A stretch of 64,000 bases of DNA from Escherichia phage vB_EcoP_G7C: sequence record NC_015933.1; one strand, written 5' to 3'. Position 1 is the stretch's first letter. Every line of letters begins with the position of its first letter. Of the stretch, positions 47,564-59,401 are shown piece after piece. Both the position numbers and the translations under genes were made by a program. The notes beneath the pieces are model-generated. The model was not told the DNA's origin. It ran no database searches and saw nothing but the letters and a program-made list of their open reading frames with translations.

Positions 47564-49528
47564 TTACCGATTTTGTCTGGGTTGCATATACTCAGGCAGT
47601 CCTTGTGCCTGACGTAAGTACCGTGCAGCACGTTCTTCATCTTCCTTGGCTCGTGCCCTGTCCACACTAGCCTGTGACCGAAAACCTCTTGGAGCCAGGT
47701 TAGCTGGGTCAGCCTGTACTTGTGCCTGTGCAGCTTGGAGCATTGCAGCAGCTTTAGTAACAGCCTCCTGTCGTGCAGGTAACAGTGCAGTAAGACCAGT
47801 TTGCCCGGTGTTAATCTTATTCTGGGTATTTGCCAGTGCAGCTACAGCAGCATCATACGCAGTCTGTGCTGCCTGAATATTCTGCATAGCTTGAGCACGA
47901 CCTAGGTTACGAACACTACCTTCCAGTGGTTCTCCACGTTTCACACCCTCAATTAACTGTTCTACCTGACGGTCATTAAGACGCATACCATTACCGGCTT
48001 CATTGGTAATGAATGGGTTAACTGCATCAATAGCACGGCTAATATAACCTTCCGGTACACCGGTCTGTGCACGTTGCATAACAGCAGCAGCCATAGCAGG
48101 TGACATATTCCCACGTTGGGAAATATCGTTCAGTCGGTTCAGTACCCAGTTACGGTCAGCACCTTTAAAATCACCTTCCAACAGACGGTTAGCAATCTCA
48201 CCTACTGGGGTATTATCAGTGACAGTACCGAGGAAGTCTGTGTTAAGACTACCGGTGTTATCCTGCATGGAACGTGTACCAATCATACCCTGAGCCAGAG
48301 TAGATACTGCCTGATTACCTTGATTATTCTGAACCATAGCTAGTGGGTCAGCCCCTACTTCAGCTTGGGCAATAACAGGTTTAATCTCTTCCCATGTCAT
48401 ATCCTTATAAGCACCTGGGGTAGAGTTAGGCAGAGCAGCCCAAGTATCTTTAAGGTTACCGTTCTTACGAGCCTCGAAGATAGCCTTACCAATCTTATCC
48501 TGGTTCTCAGGAGAAAGGGGCTGGCTTTGCCAATCTGAACCAAGAACTTTAGGAGCGAAGTCTTTCAGGGTAGCTTGGTTAATCTGGAATGCTCCAACAG
48601 GTGAAGCACCCTGATTCGACTTCATACCATCCTGGTGTTTAATTACATCACCAATACTCATTTGAGTAATAGGAGTAGATGTACCAGCAAACTGGTAGGT
48701 AACATCGTAAGGGGAACCCTGACGTGTACCAGCAGTACCCGGAGCAGACGTAGCACCAACATTGTTACCGTAAACACCCGGGTATGCTCGTGCAAGCATT
48801 TCCTGCAAACGTGCCTGGGCAACCGGAGACAGGTTCTTACTATATGCTTCTGCCAATAGACGGGCATCATTAGGGTTCTCAGCACCACGGGTAATCTGTG
48901 ACATTACACCCATAGCTGCCTGACTATCGGCATCATTACGCTGAGCAACACCTAAATCAAAACGGTTCTGTGCCTGATTAATAGCCTGACCACTTTGGCC
49001 TTGAAGACGGCTCAGCATGTCCAATTGCTGGTCAGCAGGGAGTGCAGACAATGCATCACGGGTCTGACTTAATGCAGCATTAATACGGTTCTGGTCACCT
49101 GACTGGTATGCCTCAGACAGTAAACGGATAGCAGGGGAAGCATTATCTAATGCAGTGTTAGTATCCTGTAAACGACCAAAGCGATACGCATTGTAGTCAT
49201 TGGTTCCCTGCTGACCTTGTTGAGTCAACAGTGTACCTGCTCTCTCATCCAGGTTTTGAAGGGTACGCTGGTTTATCAATGAACGGTCAACCCCCTGAAA
49301 TAATGCACCAGATGCCAAAGCATTACGGTACTCAGTAGGGTCTTGGTACTGCATAGCATTCATCATGACGGCATTGCCAGCCTCCTGCTTGGCAGCGTTC
49401 TGGAAATTACCCAGTGCATCACTTAAGCCGGAGGTGGCGTTACCAATCATGCTGCCAAATGTGCGAATGCTGTCACCAACTCCAGAAAAGTTAGGTGCAT
49501 CAACATTACGCCATGTAATTTGAGCCAT
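47564..49528 (-). CDS. Virion structural / ejection protein (N4 gp51-position)
   Basis: 654-aa ORF adjacent to vRNAP; Gln/Ala-rich repeats; assignment by synteny. Confidence 0.5.
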   Translation of the reverse strand: MAQITWRNVDAPNFSGVGDSIRTFGSMIGNATSGLSDALGNFQNAAKQEAGNAVMMNAMQYQDPTEYRNALASGALFQGVDRSLINQRTLQNLDERAGTLLTQQGQQGTNDYNAYRFGRLQDTNTALDNASPAIRLLSEAYQSGDQNRINAALSQTRDALSALPADQQLDMLSRLQGQSGQAINQAQNRFDLGVAQRNDADSQAAMGVMSQITRGAENPNDARLLAEAYSKNLSPVAQARLQEMLARAYPGVYGNNVGATSAPGTAGTRQGSPYDVTYQFAGTSTPITQMSIGDVIKHQDGMKSNQGASPVGAFQINQATLKDFAPKVLGSDWQSQPLSPENQDKIGKAIFEARKNGNLKDTWAALPNSTPGAYKDMTWEEIKPVIAQAEVGADPLAMVQNNQGNQAVSTLAQGMIGTRSMQDNTGSLNTDFLGTVTDNTPVGEIANRLLEGDFKGADRNWVLNRLNDISQRGNMSPAMAAAVMQRAQTGVPEGYISRAIDAVNPFITNEAGNGMRLNDRQVEQLIEGVKRGEPLEGSVRNLGRAQAMQNIQAAQTAYDAAVAALANTQNKINTGQTGLTALLPARQEAVTKAAAMLQAAQAQVQADPANLAPRGFRSQASVDRARAKEDEERAARYLRQAQGLPEYMQPRQNR

Positions 49529-49540
49529 GATGGTTTCCTA

Positions 49541-50023
49541 TTAACGAGTAAGTTTATTAGCTGCAATGTAAGCATCAGCTGAAGACTGGTCACGGTTCTC
49601 TGCTGTAGCACGGCTACGAGCACGGTCTTCCAGTGCAGTGTTATAAGACTTAATCTGATTATTCAGGTTAGTGTTAGTAACGCTCTTAGCAAAGTTCAAC
49701 TGGTTTTTGGCTAACTTGTTAGCCTGGAAACCACCATAGATATTGGCTAAGGAACCAAGTGCATCAAGTCCTAGTTGGAAGGTAGGAATATTCATGCCTA
49801 ATTGGTCAGTCAAGCCTGAATCATTACCTGAGCCAAACAAAGAACTATCCAAACTACCATTTAAAAAATCCATGCCAACTGTTTGTCCGGGCCGATAATT
49901 CATTGCCGGAGTACTAAAGTTTTGCTTCTGGTTGTTACCAGATAACCAGGACAAAGCCCCTGGCTGAAGGGTTTGGTTGCCTGTAAAGAATGACAAATCC
50001 ATGGGGATTCTCCTGTTAAACAA
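49541..50023 (-). CDS. Virion structural protein (N4 gp52-position)
   Basis: 160-aa ORF; synteny. Confidence 0.5.
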   Translation of the reverse strand: MFNRRIPMDLSFFTGNQTLQPGALSWLSGNNQKQNFSTPAMNYRPGQTVGMDFLNGSLDSSLFGSGNDSGLTDQLGMNIPTFQLGLDALGSLANIYGGFQANKLAKNQLNFAKSVTNTNLNNQIKSYNTALEDRARSRATAENRDQSSADAYIAANKLTR

Positions 50024-52667
50024 GGTCAGTATTAAGAGTCATATCAGAGTAGCTGCCAATCATGTTTAAGGACATGTCAGCTATATCCGAACCAGTCATA
50101 AGAGTACGTGAGAGGAAAGAATCCAACGACTCCAATGACACAAATTGCATAGGGTCAATTACACCCTGCCCAGCAGTACCAAACATTTCTTCATACTGCT
50201 TATTGATTGCCATCATATCAGTATTGTACTGCTGCATTACATTCTCTGCTTTCTGAATAGTAGCAGCCGTAGATGCATTAATATACTGGCTAATACCATT
50301 ACCTACTGAACTGGTAAGCTGCATAATGTTCTGAGCATTCATCATTTCACCGGCTAAGGTAGATAAGGATGTACCAGTAGACATAGCAGTACCAACGTTC
50401 ATAGCCACCATTGAAGCAATAGCAGCAATGATAAAACCTAGCTTATCACCAAACAGAGAAGTGGATACTTTAGTGACAATAGATATCATAATCATTGCAG
50501 CAATGGCGTTTGCTACAGCACCTACTATTACAGCAGCTAATCCAACAAAACCTAGCGATGCACCAACTGCACCATAAGCCCCAAGAATACCTGCACCACC
50601 AGCACTACCAGCACCCATAGTAAATACGGATATAACGACAGCAACTACAACAACCACAATCTTAAAGGCAGAGGACTGATACCACTTTTTCTTAACCTTT
50701 TTATATGAGTTCATTACTAAGTAAGAGCAGGCAGTAGATAACTGAGTGCTACGAACTAGTGACATTGAACGATAGATGTTGGTGTGCAGGGGAATAATGA
50801 ATCCACTCTCTTCTGCATCACCCATTGCTTCAGCAACATCAATATTTACTGACTTATTTTTATATACCTTGTTGCTATGATGAAGGCCCAATACCCTAAG
50901 TTTACGGTAGGTATTATTACCATCCTGCCAAAGCAACTCATATTCTTGCATAGTATAAAACGTAGGGGTAACTTCCAGCTTTTTGCTAGCACCAGCACGC
51001 ATGTTCTTACGGGTAAGGGTTATATCCCCTGCATATCTGGCTCGAAGTTGTCCTTGTTTAGCACCAGCCCATGCTTCACCGGAATGGGTAGTTTCAAATA
51101 CGTAGTTCCAACTAATAGTCATATCATACTTATAATGCTTACTACTATGCACCCTAAACTCCCGCTTAGGTATAACAGGGTATTCTGGCAGCGGTGGAGG
51201 TGTTCCAACAATTTGGCCTTCATGCCTGTCCCACCATTCCTCATATGCATCTACTGCATCGTTTGCTGCCTGATAACCTGCAATCACTGCTTCCAGTGTA
51301 GGGTAGGTTGGATCAGGTGGAAATGCTTCAGTAGCCATCTGAAAGAAACGGTAGATGTATTCCTTAGCAGTATCTTCTGGAGTATTAAGAGATACACCGA
51401 ATGTGCCATAGATGTATTGAATATCGCCTATGTCATCATTCTTCTTAAGCTCAGTCACTACTTTATCTAGCTTACCACCAGTAGCTTTATAGAGTGCCTT
51501 CTTACAGTGGGGGTAGATTGTGTCATTCTCTACCCATTGCTTATCATTCCTGATTGGAATAAATGGATAGAATCGGTTATCAGTAGCCTCAGTTTCAAAC
51601 AGTGAATCGAGTGTAGCGTTACCTGAGTTCTTCTTATAGATAAGCATCTTAGGTGTACCAACAGCAGTCATCTCAGTGTCAGTACGAGTAGTCTGGGATG
51701 AGTACTTACGAACCAGTGTCTCTGTGGTCGTGGTGATTGTATCGGTGCGAGTAACACCACCACCTAAATTAACTACATTAGTGGTTACAGTAGTACTGGA
51801 TTGAACCTCACCAAACTTTCTATGAGTCATTACCCTGTCAGATACAACTACAGTTACATCATCAGGTTTCTCAGTGAACCCTCTACGGTAAACCTTAACG
51901 TAAGAGTTCCAGTTATCCACACTTGGTACAGTAACAGTACTGTCTTCATATGGTCTACCATCAGAGTAAACAGAATGAGTCTGTATAGTCTTAGTAAGAT
52001 TGGTTGTGTTAGCCGTCGTATTACTTGAGATGGTAGTCCATAACAGAGTAGACGGTAAGTCATTTTCGCTGTTATAGACAGTAGTCGGACCTACTACCGG
52101 TGGATTGGTAGCCGGGGACTTATAGAACGTGTAATCAGCATAGAGATACAAAGCACCTGGTTCAAAGTTAGTAGGTGTGAATGTAATGGGGGAACCTCCA
52201 TCTAAGGAGGTCATAGTGATTACATTAGTATCTTCATCAATGTCTATGTCGAATCGTTCCATGATTCGACTTGGGGCATTCTCATAAAGATACTGATCAC
52301 ACCATTGCTCAAAGTCAGCAAAGCCAATCTCTGCTGCCTGAACATAGACAGATTCTCCAGCAGGTGGAGTAATTTGACCCTCTATAACAGTAGGGTCAAT
52401 CTTAGCCAGTACACCTAATGAAGCCCCTGCCATACCAACTTCTGAATCATAGTGGTTCTTGCTCCAGCTAGAGAACAGTCGCATACGTATACCAGGCCCC
52501 TTCAGATAACTATCAGAGATAGTGTCTGCCATAGTGAATCCTGTATCAGCAACAATCTTACCGATGACTACAGTCTTCATATAGTTTGGACGTTTGTGTA
52601 TATCCCCTGCCATGTTATAGACAGAGGATGCTACGTATACTTTGGTCTTACTACTGAATAAGCCCAT
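50016..52667 (-). CDS. Large virion protein with long Gly/Ala-rich hydrophobic segment (N4 gp53-position; candidate ejection/channel protein)
   Basis: 883 aa; roughly 90-residue hydrophobic stretch (VVVVAVVISVFTMGAGSAGGAGILGAYGAVGASLGFVGLAAVIVGAVANAIAAMIMISIV...). Confidence 0.55.
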   Translation of the reverse strand: MGLFSSKTKVYVASSVYNMAGDIHKRPNYMKTVVIGKIVADTGFTMADTISDSYLKGPGIRMRLFSSWSKNHYDSEVGMAGASLGVLAKIDPTVIEGQITPPAGESVYVQAAEIGFADFEQWCDQYLYENAPSRIMERFDIDIDEDTNVITMTSLDGGSPITFTPTNFEPGALYLYADYTFYKSPATNPPVVGPTTVYNSENDLPSTLLWTTISSNTTANTTNLTKTIQTHSVYSDGRPYEDSTVTVPSVDNWNSYVKVYRRGFTEKPDDVTVVVSDRVMTHRKFGEVQSSTTVTTNVVNLGGGVTRTDTITTTTETLVRKYSSQTTRTDTEMTAVGTPKMLIYKKNSGNATLDSLFETEATDNRFYPFIPIRNDKQWVENDTIYPHCKKALYKATGGKLDKVVTELKKNDDIGDIQYIYGTFGVSLNTPEDTAKEYIYRFFQMATEAFPPDPTYPTLEAVIAGYQAANDAVDAYEEWWDRHEGQIVGTPPPLPEYPVIPKREFRVHSSKHYKYDMTISWNYVFETTHSGEAWAGAKQGQLRARYAGDITLTRKNMRAGASKKLEVTPTFYTMQEYELLWQDGNNTYRKLRVLGLHHSNKVYKNKSVNIDVAEAMGDAEESGFIIPLHTNIYRSMSLVRSTQLSTACSYLVMNSYKKVKKKWYQSSAFKIVVVVVAVVISVFTMGAGSAGGAGILGAYGAVGASLGFVGLAAVIVGAVANAIAAMIMISIVTKVSTSLFGDKLGFIIAAIASMVAMNVGTAMSTGTSLSTLAGEMMNAQNIMQLTSSVGNGISQYINASTAATIQKAENVMQQYNTDMMAINKQYEEMFGTAGQGVIDPMQFVSLESLDSFLSRTLMTGSDIADMSLNMIGSYSDMTLNTDLV

Positions 52668-52668
52668 A

Positions 52669-53511
52669 TTAATTCAGCCCGTTGTTAATCTTCAGCTTGG
52701 ACAAAATGGTATCAAGACTTGCGTTAGTGAAACCATTAGGCGGGTTCAAGCCTTCATCAATAGTCTTCTGTGTAATCCATGCATCAGTAAACAACTTAGA
52801 TGCTTTAACTTCTGCATCACGTTGGTAAGAAGTAATCTGTTGAGAGTACAACTCTTTCTGCTTACCTACGGAACCCCTAACTGCTGCACCGTCTGTACGA
52901 GTATCCAACGTCTGTGCACGTTGTGCCTCAGTCTGCTCAGTAATCAGTTTAAGCTGTTGAGGTAACATCTGGTTAGCATTAAACAATGCAGCACAGTATG
53001 TTTCAGACTCAGTAGCAATCTTCATCTTAGTGAGGGCATATTCACTCTTAGCAGACAGTGCCTGAATCTTAGCCAGCACATACTGAGCTTTAGAAGTAGC
53101 CAATGTAACACGAGCAGTGACTGCCTGAATCTGTGCCATAGCAGCAGCCCAGTATGCTTGGTCACGACCAAGTAAGAACTGAACAGCATTACTCATGCAC
53201 GATTCCATCATGGCAATATAGGCTTTGGTGTATTCACCACCTGTAATACGGTTAGCTTTAAACTCAGCTTTAAGGTGATTGTGAGCAGATTCCATTAATG
53301 CATCAAACGTACCACTGCCCCCCACTTCACGGGTAGTAAGTGATTCATTTGTTACTTTGCTAATAGCATCAAAGATTGGAGAACTATCCCCACCAGGGAT
53401 ATCCCATTCGGGACCAGACATATCAATATCAGGGAGGGTAAAGTCATCACCCTTAGTTAACTCTTCAAGGAGTCGGTTAGCTTCTACCTCAGCAGAACAA
53501 GACATAATCAT
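52669..53511 (-). CDS. Virion structural protein (N4 gp54-position)
   Basis: 280-aa ORF; synteny. Confidence 0.5.
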   Translation of the reverse strand: MIMSCSAEVEANRLLEELTKGDDFTLPDIDMSGPEWDIPGGDSSPIFDAISKVTNESLTTREVGGSGTFDALMESAHNHLKAEFKANRITGGEYTKAYIAMMESCMSNAVQFLLGRDQAYWAAAMAQIQAVTARVTLATSKAQYVLAKIQALSAKSEYALTKMKIATESETYCAALFNANQMLPQQLKLITEQTEAQRAQTLDTRTDGAAVRGSVGKQKELYSQQITSYQRDAEVKASKLFTDAWITQKTIDEGLNPPNGFTNASLDTILSKLKINNGLN

Positions 53512-53581
53512 TCCTCTTGGTTCAAAAAGAAACGGCCCACGGAGTTACCCCAGTGAGCCGTGTTGAACTGTAGCTTATACG

Positions 53582-54223
53582 TTAATCGTTCAGGCTACCA
53601 GCAGCAATCTGTGCTTGAGCCAGTTGAGCCAATTCTGCTTCAGTCAGCGGAGGCAATACTTCAATGGAGAACTCACGTGCTTCTGTTGCACGGATATCCG
53701 GTAAGCCATTCTTACCTTTACGAGTCGTAATGTTGATGAACTTACGCTCTTTAAGGAACTCGTAGATACAGTACGGAATATGATAACCATTATCGGTCAC
53801 TTCACCGAATGGAACAAACTTACGTACAGTACCCATATATTCGTTAGCTACGGTGATAATCTCACCCGGCAGGTCTTTCTTCTTAGGGTCAAGGTTCTGG
53901 ATACGTACACGAATCAGTCGAGTCTGTTCTGCACGAATCTTCTGACCCAGGGTCATCTTCTTAACACCAGCTTCCTGTTTTTCACCCAAAGGATTAACAG
54001 CAGCTTCTTTTACTTCTGGTTCATCTTTTGCTTGTGCAGCTTCAATCTTCTCACGGAGTTTCTCAACGGAGATGTTGTTAGAGAACTTAATATTCATCAA
54101 CGTTGCACGTTGCTTAAGAACTTCAAGTTCGCTAGGCATTGCAATATCGTTAACGGTATCTTCGTTGCCCTGTACGTCCAGTTCTACGCCAGTGGTCGGT
54201 TTATCGTTAATGCTCATGTTCAT
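53582..54223 (-). CDS. Virion structural protein (N4 gp55-position)
   Basis: 213-aa ORF; synteny. Confidence 0.5.
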   Translation of the reverse strand: MNMSINDKPTTGVELDVQGNEDTVNDIAMPSELEVLKQRATLMNIKFSNNISVEKLREKIEAAQAKDEPEVKEAAVNPLGEKQEAGVKKMTLGQKIRAEQTRLIRVRIQNLDPKKKDLPGEIITVANEYMGTVRKFVPFGEVTDNGYHIPYCIYEFLKERKFINITTRKGKNGLPDIRATEAREFSIEVLPPLTEAELAQLAQAQIAAGSLND

Positions 54224-54290
54224 ATTTCCTGTGGTTCAACTAGTTTTATTAAGAGGGGGACACTAGTCCCCCTTATTTTATTTAGGACTA

Positions 54291-55493
54291 TTACAGAGGA
54301 GCAACAGTCTTAATCAGAGCCAGACGTTCTGGACGTTTAACCAGAATACCGTAGTACCACTTGATGGAACTGAAACCAGTCTCGCCATACGGGTCATTAC
54401 GGTCAGCAGTTTCTCGACCAGGCATCTTAGTCATGATGGAGAACTTAACAGACTTACCATCAGTCTGGAAACCAATGGTAGAGAAGGAGTCATCACCAAC
54501 TACCAGCATCGGGAACACGTCATAGTGTTCTTCGCCACTAACCATAGAAGAACGGTAACCTGGGTTAGTAGAGACTTGTGCACCAGCACCTGCCCAATGC
54601 AGCATCTCAGGAACCTGGATAATACGGAACTTGTCGATACAACCAATTTCACCATTCATCAGAGTACCAGCGTCAGCATAGTGCTGAACCTCAATGAATG
54701 CTTTGTTACCGAACAGGTCTTTCATCGCTTTCAGTTCTGGAACTAGTTCAGAACCAACGTACATTACACGAGTACCGCCAAGTACTTTGGTATCGGTAAG
54801 TTTAGAACCAGTGATGATAGTAGTCTGAGTCGGAGTACGGTTCTCAGTAAGAATCTGGTCAAGACGCATCAGGTTCTTATAAGAAACTACAGACGGGGTA
54901 GCACCTTCACCCGTGATGGTAGCATCGGAAGTAGCAGCACCTGCATACAGTACAGTACCAGCAGCAGCCAACAGGTCTTTCTGGAGAACAGCTTCAGTCA
55001 GCTGTACAGCACCGTTCATCAGTTCACGAGACAGGTGTTCTTTCAGTTGGTCATCAGAATCAAAGTCCAGGGACTCTTGAGTAAATTCGTAGAAGAAACC
55101 GAACTTATGAATGGAACCTTCACGAGACAGACGGGTAAAGCCTACACGGTTAACACGACCACCGTTCTCTGTCAGCAGAGGCAGTTTAGAAGTGATGTTA
55201 CCAACGTCTCGGGAAGAACCATACAGGTTACCATTAACGATGGTAGCACCATTAGCATCAATACCCTGGTCGTTGATGTTCTTATCGTCAAGCAGTGGAA
55301 CGTACTCATACACCTTAACAGTCTTACCGTAGTTCTTCGGCATGTTAATAGTGTTAGCCAGTGGCATGAAGTACTGGTCTTTACGGGACTGAATAATAGC
55401 TTTCTTCAGCCAGTAATAGGTATTCATCTGGTCGGAACCAGCACCATCAATGCTAGATTTCTGGCCGTCAATTGGGGCGTTATAGTTTAACAT
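54291..55493 (-). CDS. Major capsid protein (N4 gp56-like)
   Basis: 400-aa ORF at the expected position relative to the portal; strong GGGGGAC-containing RBS; assignment by size and synteny. Confidence 0.6.
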   Translation of the reverse strand: MLNYNAPIDGQKSSIDGAGSDQMNTYYWLKKAIIQSRKDQYFMPLANTINMPKNYGKTVKVYEYVPLLDDKNINDQGIDANGATIVNGNLYGSSRDVGNITSKLPLLTENGGRVNRVGFTRLSREGSIHKFGFFYEFTQESLDFDSDDQLKEHLSRELMNGAVQLTEAVLQKDLLAAAGTVLYAGAATSDATITGEGATPSVVSYKNLMRLDQILTENRTPTQTTIITGSKLTDTKVLGGTRVMYVGSELVPELKAMKDLFGNKAFIEVQHYADAGTLMNGEIGCIDKFRIIQVPEMLHWAGAGAQVSTNPGYRSSMVSGEEHYDVFPMLVVGDDSFSTIGFQTDGKSVKFSIMTKMPGRETADRNDPYGETGFSSIKWYYGILVKRPERLALIKTVAPL

Positions 55494-55509
55494 ATCATCT
55501 TATTCCTGT

Positions 55510-56730
55510 TTAAAGACTACCCGGTACTGGGAGTTTAGCGAAATCTTCATCACTCATTGCGAGTGGGTTTACAATAGGTGTTGCTTTACGTGTAGCAGCC
55601 CGATTAAGGGAAGCTGCTTTAGCTTGCTCACTGTTAGCCAGAGTCTGCTTAGGTTGTGCTACACGCACTACCGGCTGAACCACTGGCTTAACTGCTTGTA
55701 CCGGTTCTGGCTTAGCCGCTCGGTTAAATGCCCCTTGCTGTGTAAGGAGGTTACCGACGTGGTTATAAGCCTGAATGAACGGAGTACCTACCGGAATCTG
55801 GCCTAACATTTGAAGACGGTTCACTTCGTTTGCAATGGTGTCATAAATACCATTCTCACGTTGTTCGTGAATAGTCTGAAGTAGGCCACGATTCTGGTAA
55901 AGAGCTTCTTTACTGGCAGCATCCCATGTCGAGCCGATAACACCTAATGTAGCTTGTCCTTCTTGAGTAGACTTTAAGTCGTCAATTTCGGTTGCAAAAT
56001 CTGCTTCGGTGTCGGTAACACGGTGATTGCCACCCTGGTAGTTAATTTCTTCATCTGGGTTAAAGTCCAGAGGATCTGTACCAGAGTCTTTGAGCAACTT
56101 CTTAATGGCTTCAGGATTCTTTTTATCCAGGTCAATAAGGAAAGAAAGTTTATCCTCATCCATTAAACCGTTGTTCTGTAACATCAGCATTACCTTACGG
56201 TAAGGCTTTAGTTCTTGCATCTTGCGAGTATAGTTAGCACCCATCTGCATCAGGCTAATGGCCTCCTCCGGTGAACGGGGAGTAATCACTTTGCCGTTAG
56301 CTTTAAAAGGAGCCATCAACTTCTCGTAACCTTCTTTATAGTTGAAGTCAGCAGGCAGACCTTCAGACTGTTTGCCTTCTTCTTTCTGTTCCTGGCCTGG
56401 TTCAGTAGTAGAAGGTTCAGCTTTAGTAATCGGCTCGCCGTTACTATCAACTTCTGTGTCAACAACTTTATCATCAACTTTATCAGAAGTTAAAGAATTT
56501 GCTGAATCTTCTTCATCTGGTTCGGCTTCAGGGGAGGTTTCTTCGGTTGGTAGGTCTTCAACAGCAGGGGTGTCAACTTCTTCTTCAGGAGTCTGTACGC
56601 CGTTGGTTTCTGGGTTGTTCTGAGTGGAAGTATCTTCCTCAGCGATAATTGCTGGGGCTTCCATATTCAGAATCTCATCATCCGACATTGCGAGAATGTC
56701 GGAAGCTGTGGTTGCAGCTTCCGTAGTCAT
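55510..56730 (-). CDS. Capsid-assembly/scaffold-like protein with acidic Pro/Glu-rich N-terminal region (N4 gp57-position)
   Basis: 406 aa; N-terminal third is low-complexity acidic (EEDTSTQNNPETNGVQTPEEEVDTPAVEDLPTEE...). Confidence 0.5.
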   Translation of the reverse strand: MTTEAATTASDILAMSDDEILNMEAPAIIAEEDTSTQNNPETNGVQTPEEEVDTPAVEDLPTEETSPEAEPDEEDSANSLTSDKVDDKVVDTEVDSNGEPITKAEPSTTEPGQEQKEEGKQSEGLPADFNYKEGYEKLMAPFKANGKVITPRSPEEAISLMQMGANYTRKMQELKPYRKVMLMLQNNGLMDEDKLSFLIDLDKKNPEAIKKLLKDSGTDPLDFNPDEEINYQGGNHRVTDTEADFATEIDDLKSTQEGQATLGVIGSTWDAASKEALYQNRGLLQTIHEQRENGIYDTIANEVNRLQMLGQIPVGTPFIQAYNHVGNLLTQQGAFNRAAKPEPVQAVKPVVQPVVRVAQPKQTLANSEQAKAASLNRAATRKATPIVNPLAMSDEDFAKLPVPGSL

Positions 56731-56749
56731 AGGAAATATCTCCGGTTAA

Positions 56750-57094
56750 TTATTCGTCTTCAGGTTCAGCACGAACTGCGTCGAGTTCTTCTTCTACCTG
56801 TAGAATAACGTCAGCTTCGTTTTCGCCCATACGAATGGCAAGATCAAGCCAACGACGTAAGTGACCAGCAGCTTGAGCCATGTTCAATGCATCTGCACGG
56901 TTATTGGGTTCAAGCAGTGGGTCACCAGACTCTTGCACGTAACGTGCACAATCTTCCGTACAGAACTGGCGAAGAATTACTTTACGGAACAGTGGATTCT
57001 CCAGAAGTTTACGTACATCTTCTGCATGTGCAACTGCACCTTTAGCAGCTTCCAGTCGATGTTCCAGTCCAGCGATTGTTGATTCTTTACTCAT
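56750..57094 (-). CDS. Hypothetical structural-module protein (114 aa)
   Basis: ORF between portal and scaffold-like gene. Confidence 0.45.
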   Translation of the reverse strand: MSKESTIAGLEHRLEAAKGAVAHAEDVRKLLENPLFRKVILRQFCTEDCARYVQESGDPLLEPNNRADALNMAQAAGHLRRWLDLAIRMGENEADVILQVEEELDAVRAEPEDE

Positions 57095-57107
57095 GTGAAG
57101 GTCTGCC

Positions 57108-59393
57108 TTACAGGTTCATGCCAAGAGCCGATGCTGGGTCTTGGCTAGGGTCATAGTATTGGGAACTAAGTGAATAAGCTGGGTTTTGTTGAGCAGCTAA
57201 ATCACGTTCTGGTATAGAGATCCCATCAGTCAAAGTATTATATCCAACAGCTGCAGATATGTTGGGGGTAGTTTCCCCTTCTTTAATAGGTGTTGTCAAT
57301 GCCTTAGTTATCTGAAGGTTCTGGTTTCCTTGGGATTGTGCTTTTTGTTTTTCCATATCACGAGCATGTTTAGTACCAGATTCCTGTTCCAGATAATCCA
57401 GGTCTTTAAGGTCACCACTAGAAGCAGCCTCTTTAGCTTTAGCCATATTGAGTGCAATCTTGCTTTGTAACTCTTCATTCTCAAGCTGTGCTTTCTGAAT
57501 TGCCAACTGCTTAAGCTGTTCTTCCATAGGGTCTGGCTGTGGTTGCCAGGTACGTAACTCATGAGCCAGGTCAGGCATACGTTTAAGTTCTGCAATCTTA
57601 GCTACGAGAGATAACGTAATAGTTTGGTCAACCGTATTACCCAATGTTTGAACCATGAAGCTCAGGTCTTGAGATTTCTGGTCTTGAGATTTCTGGTTAT
57701 CAATTTCAGCAGTATTAATATCAACCTCAATGTCGAAATTACCTTTAAGGTCTTCACGGTTAATCTCTACATACTGCTCGTTAGTAATACGTACTACTTC
57801 TTTCTCAGATAAAAACACAGCATTCATTGCACAAATCTTAGTACCAATGTCTGCCATACCCTTAGCTAATCGACGAAGGATTGCCATCTCACGTTTGGAT
57901 GCTGCATCAAGTGCACCACGAATACCGGCAGCCACTTCTCCGTAAGCTGAACCAGTTACACCACCGGAGAATGCTTTAACACCAGTTAGTGATTCAGCTT
58001 CCTGGTTTTGCATCTGGGTCATTATTATTGCCGACTGAGGTAACTCAGGGAACTTATGCTCCATAATGGCCTGACTAGGGTTACCCTGCATTGGGTTATA
58101 TTCATAGTCTTGTCCATCGTCATATCGACGACGGTTCAGTGTATCCAGCATTCCTTTAGGGTAACCACGTTGTCCATTTGCACTTCGACCTAACAGGTCA
58201 ATCATCCCTCGCATAGTTGCACCAAGAATTGCTTGGTTATCCCCCAACAGTTCAGCATCAGCTTCGCCAAAGAGTTCACGTTTACGTGGCATATAAGGAA
58301 CAACTACTAAAGGTAATTTACCGTCAGGGAATGGGTTCCTCTCCATGCGAATAAGGGTAGAACCAATCCAGGTAGCAACAATAGGTTCCAGAGAACCATC
58401 ATCATTAATGTCGTAAAATCCCCAGTACTCATAAGCAACAACCTTCTTACGAAGTGCATCCTTAAACTGGAAGTCACTAGGAGTTTTACTTTCATGGTCT
58501 GGGTCAGTCATAGGACTGGAACTTTCCCAGTCAATCTTATCTAAATTGTGATAACGGTCCTTATTCTTCATGAGGTCTGCTTTGCATGTCTCAAAAGAGA
58601 TAACTGCATACAGAGCCTTATCCAAATCACCATTACAGCTTGGGTCGATAACTACGTTATTAGGGTTAAGCATTTCAACAGTAGGTCTGTTAACCAGTGC
58701 CTTCTCTACTTCTACTTCAGTAACTCCTGTCTGGATTGCATAGGTAGCTTCTCCAGTTTCATTGAAGTAGTTAACAGCTTCTTTAATATCTTCCGGCATT
58801 GTTTCATCATACTCACGAGAATTCTCTGCCTGAAGCTGTAAAGCCTGTTGGAGAACATCTGCCTGTTCCTGGTTCTCAATTGGATACAACTGGAAGACTG
58901 GTGTTTCTGTTTTAATCTTAACAGTCTTACGTTCCCAACCAATACGAGCAATACCAGTACCGTCATCTACAACACTGTGTACGTAATCATCTACTAATTT
59001 CACTTTATTAAGCTGGGTACGAAATTGGTAGTTAAGAACTAATTCATTCTGACGTGCAGCTAATTCATCTTCAAAAGTAACCGGAGTTACTTTAAAGAGT
59101 TTATTAGACGAGAGGAACGGTTCAGATAATGGAGCATATCGCCACTCTGCCTGACGGCGAACCAGTCTGGGTTGGACTTGAGATCGGCCTTTAACCTTTG
59201 GGGGTTTAGCCTTACCTTTGACTTCCATCAGGTCATTCCACTCACGTATCTGAGCCATAATCGCATCGTGAGCAGGTTTAGCCGATTCCAAATCACCCTT
59301 CAGTAATTGGATACTTGGTTCCTTCTTCCAGTCCGTTAACTTCTCTGATTGAGCCGGGTCTGGTAAAGGCTTAAAAGTGTCTTGGTGTTCCAT
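57108..59393 (-). CDS. Portal protein (N4 gp59-like)
   Basis: 761-aa ORF upstream of capsid genes; size and order match N4-type portal. Confidence 0.6.
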   Translation of the reverse strand: MEHQDTFKPLPDPAQSEKLTDWKKEPSIQLLKGDLESAKPAHDAIMAQIREWNDLMEVKGKAKPPKVKGRSQVQPRLVRRQAEWRYAPLSEPFLSSNKLFKVTPVTFEDELAARQNELVLNYQFRTQLNKVKLVDDYVHSVVDDGTGIARIGWERKTVKIKTETPVFQLYPIENQEQADVLQQALQLQAENSREYDETMPEDIKEAVNYFNETGEATYAIQTGVTEVEVEKALVNRPTVEMLNPNNVVIDPSCNGDLDKALYAVISFETCKADLMKNKDRYHNLDKIDWESSSPMTDPDHESKTPSDFQFKDALRKKVVAYEYWGFYDINDDGSLEPIVATWIGSTLIRMERNPFPDGKLPLVVVPYMPRKRELFGEADAELLGDNQAILGATMRGMIDLLGRSANGQRGYPKGMLDTLNRRRYDDGQDYEYNPMQGNPSQAIMEHKFPELPQSAIIMTQMQNQEAESLTGVKAFSGGVTGSAYGEVAAGIRGALDAASKREMAILRRLAKGMADIGTKICAMNAVFLSEKEVVRITNEQYVEINREDLKGNFDIEVDINTAEIDNQKSQDQKSQDLSFMVQTLGNTVDQTITLSLVAKIAELKRMPDLAHELRTWQPQPDPMEEQLKQLAIQKAQLENEELQSKIALNMAKAKEAASSGDLKDLDYLEQESGTKHARDMEKQKAQSQGNQNLQITKALTTPIKEGETTPNISAAVGYNTLTDGISIPERDLAAQQNPAYSLSSQYYDPSQDPASALGMNL

Positions 59394-59401
59394 AGTTAAT
59401 C

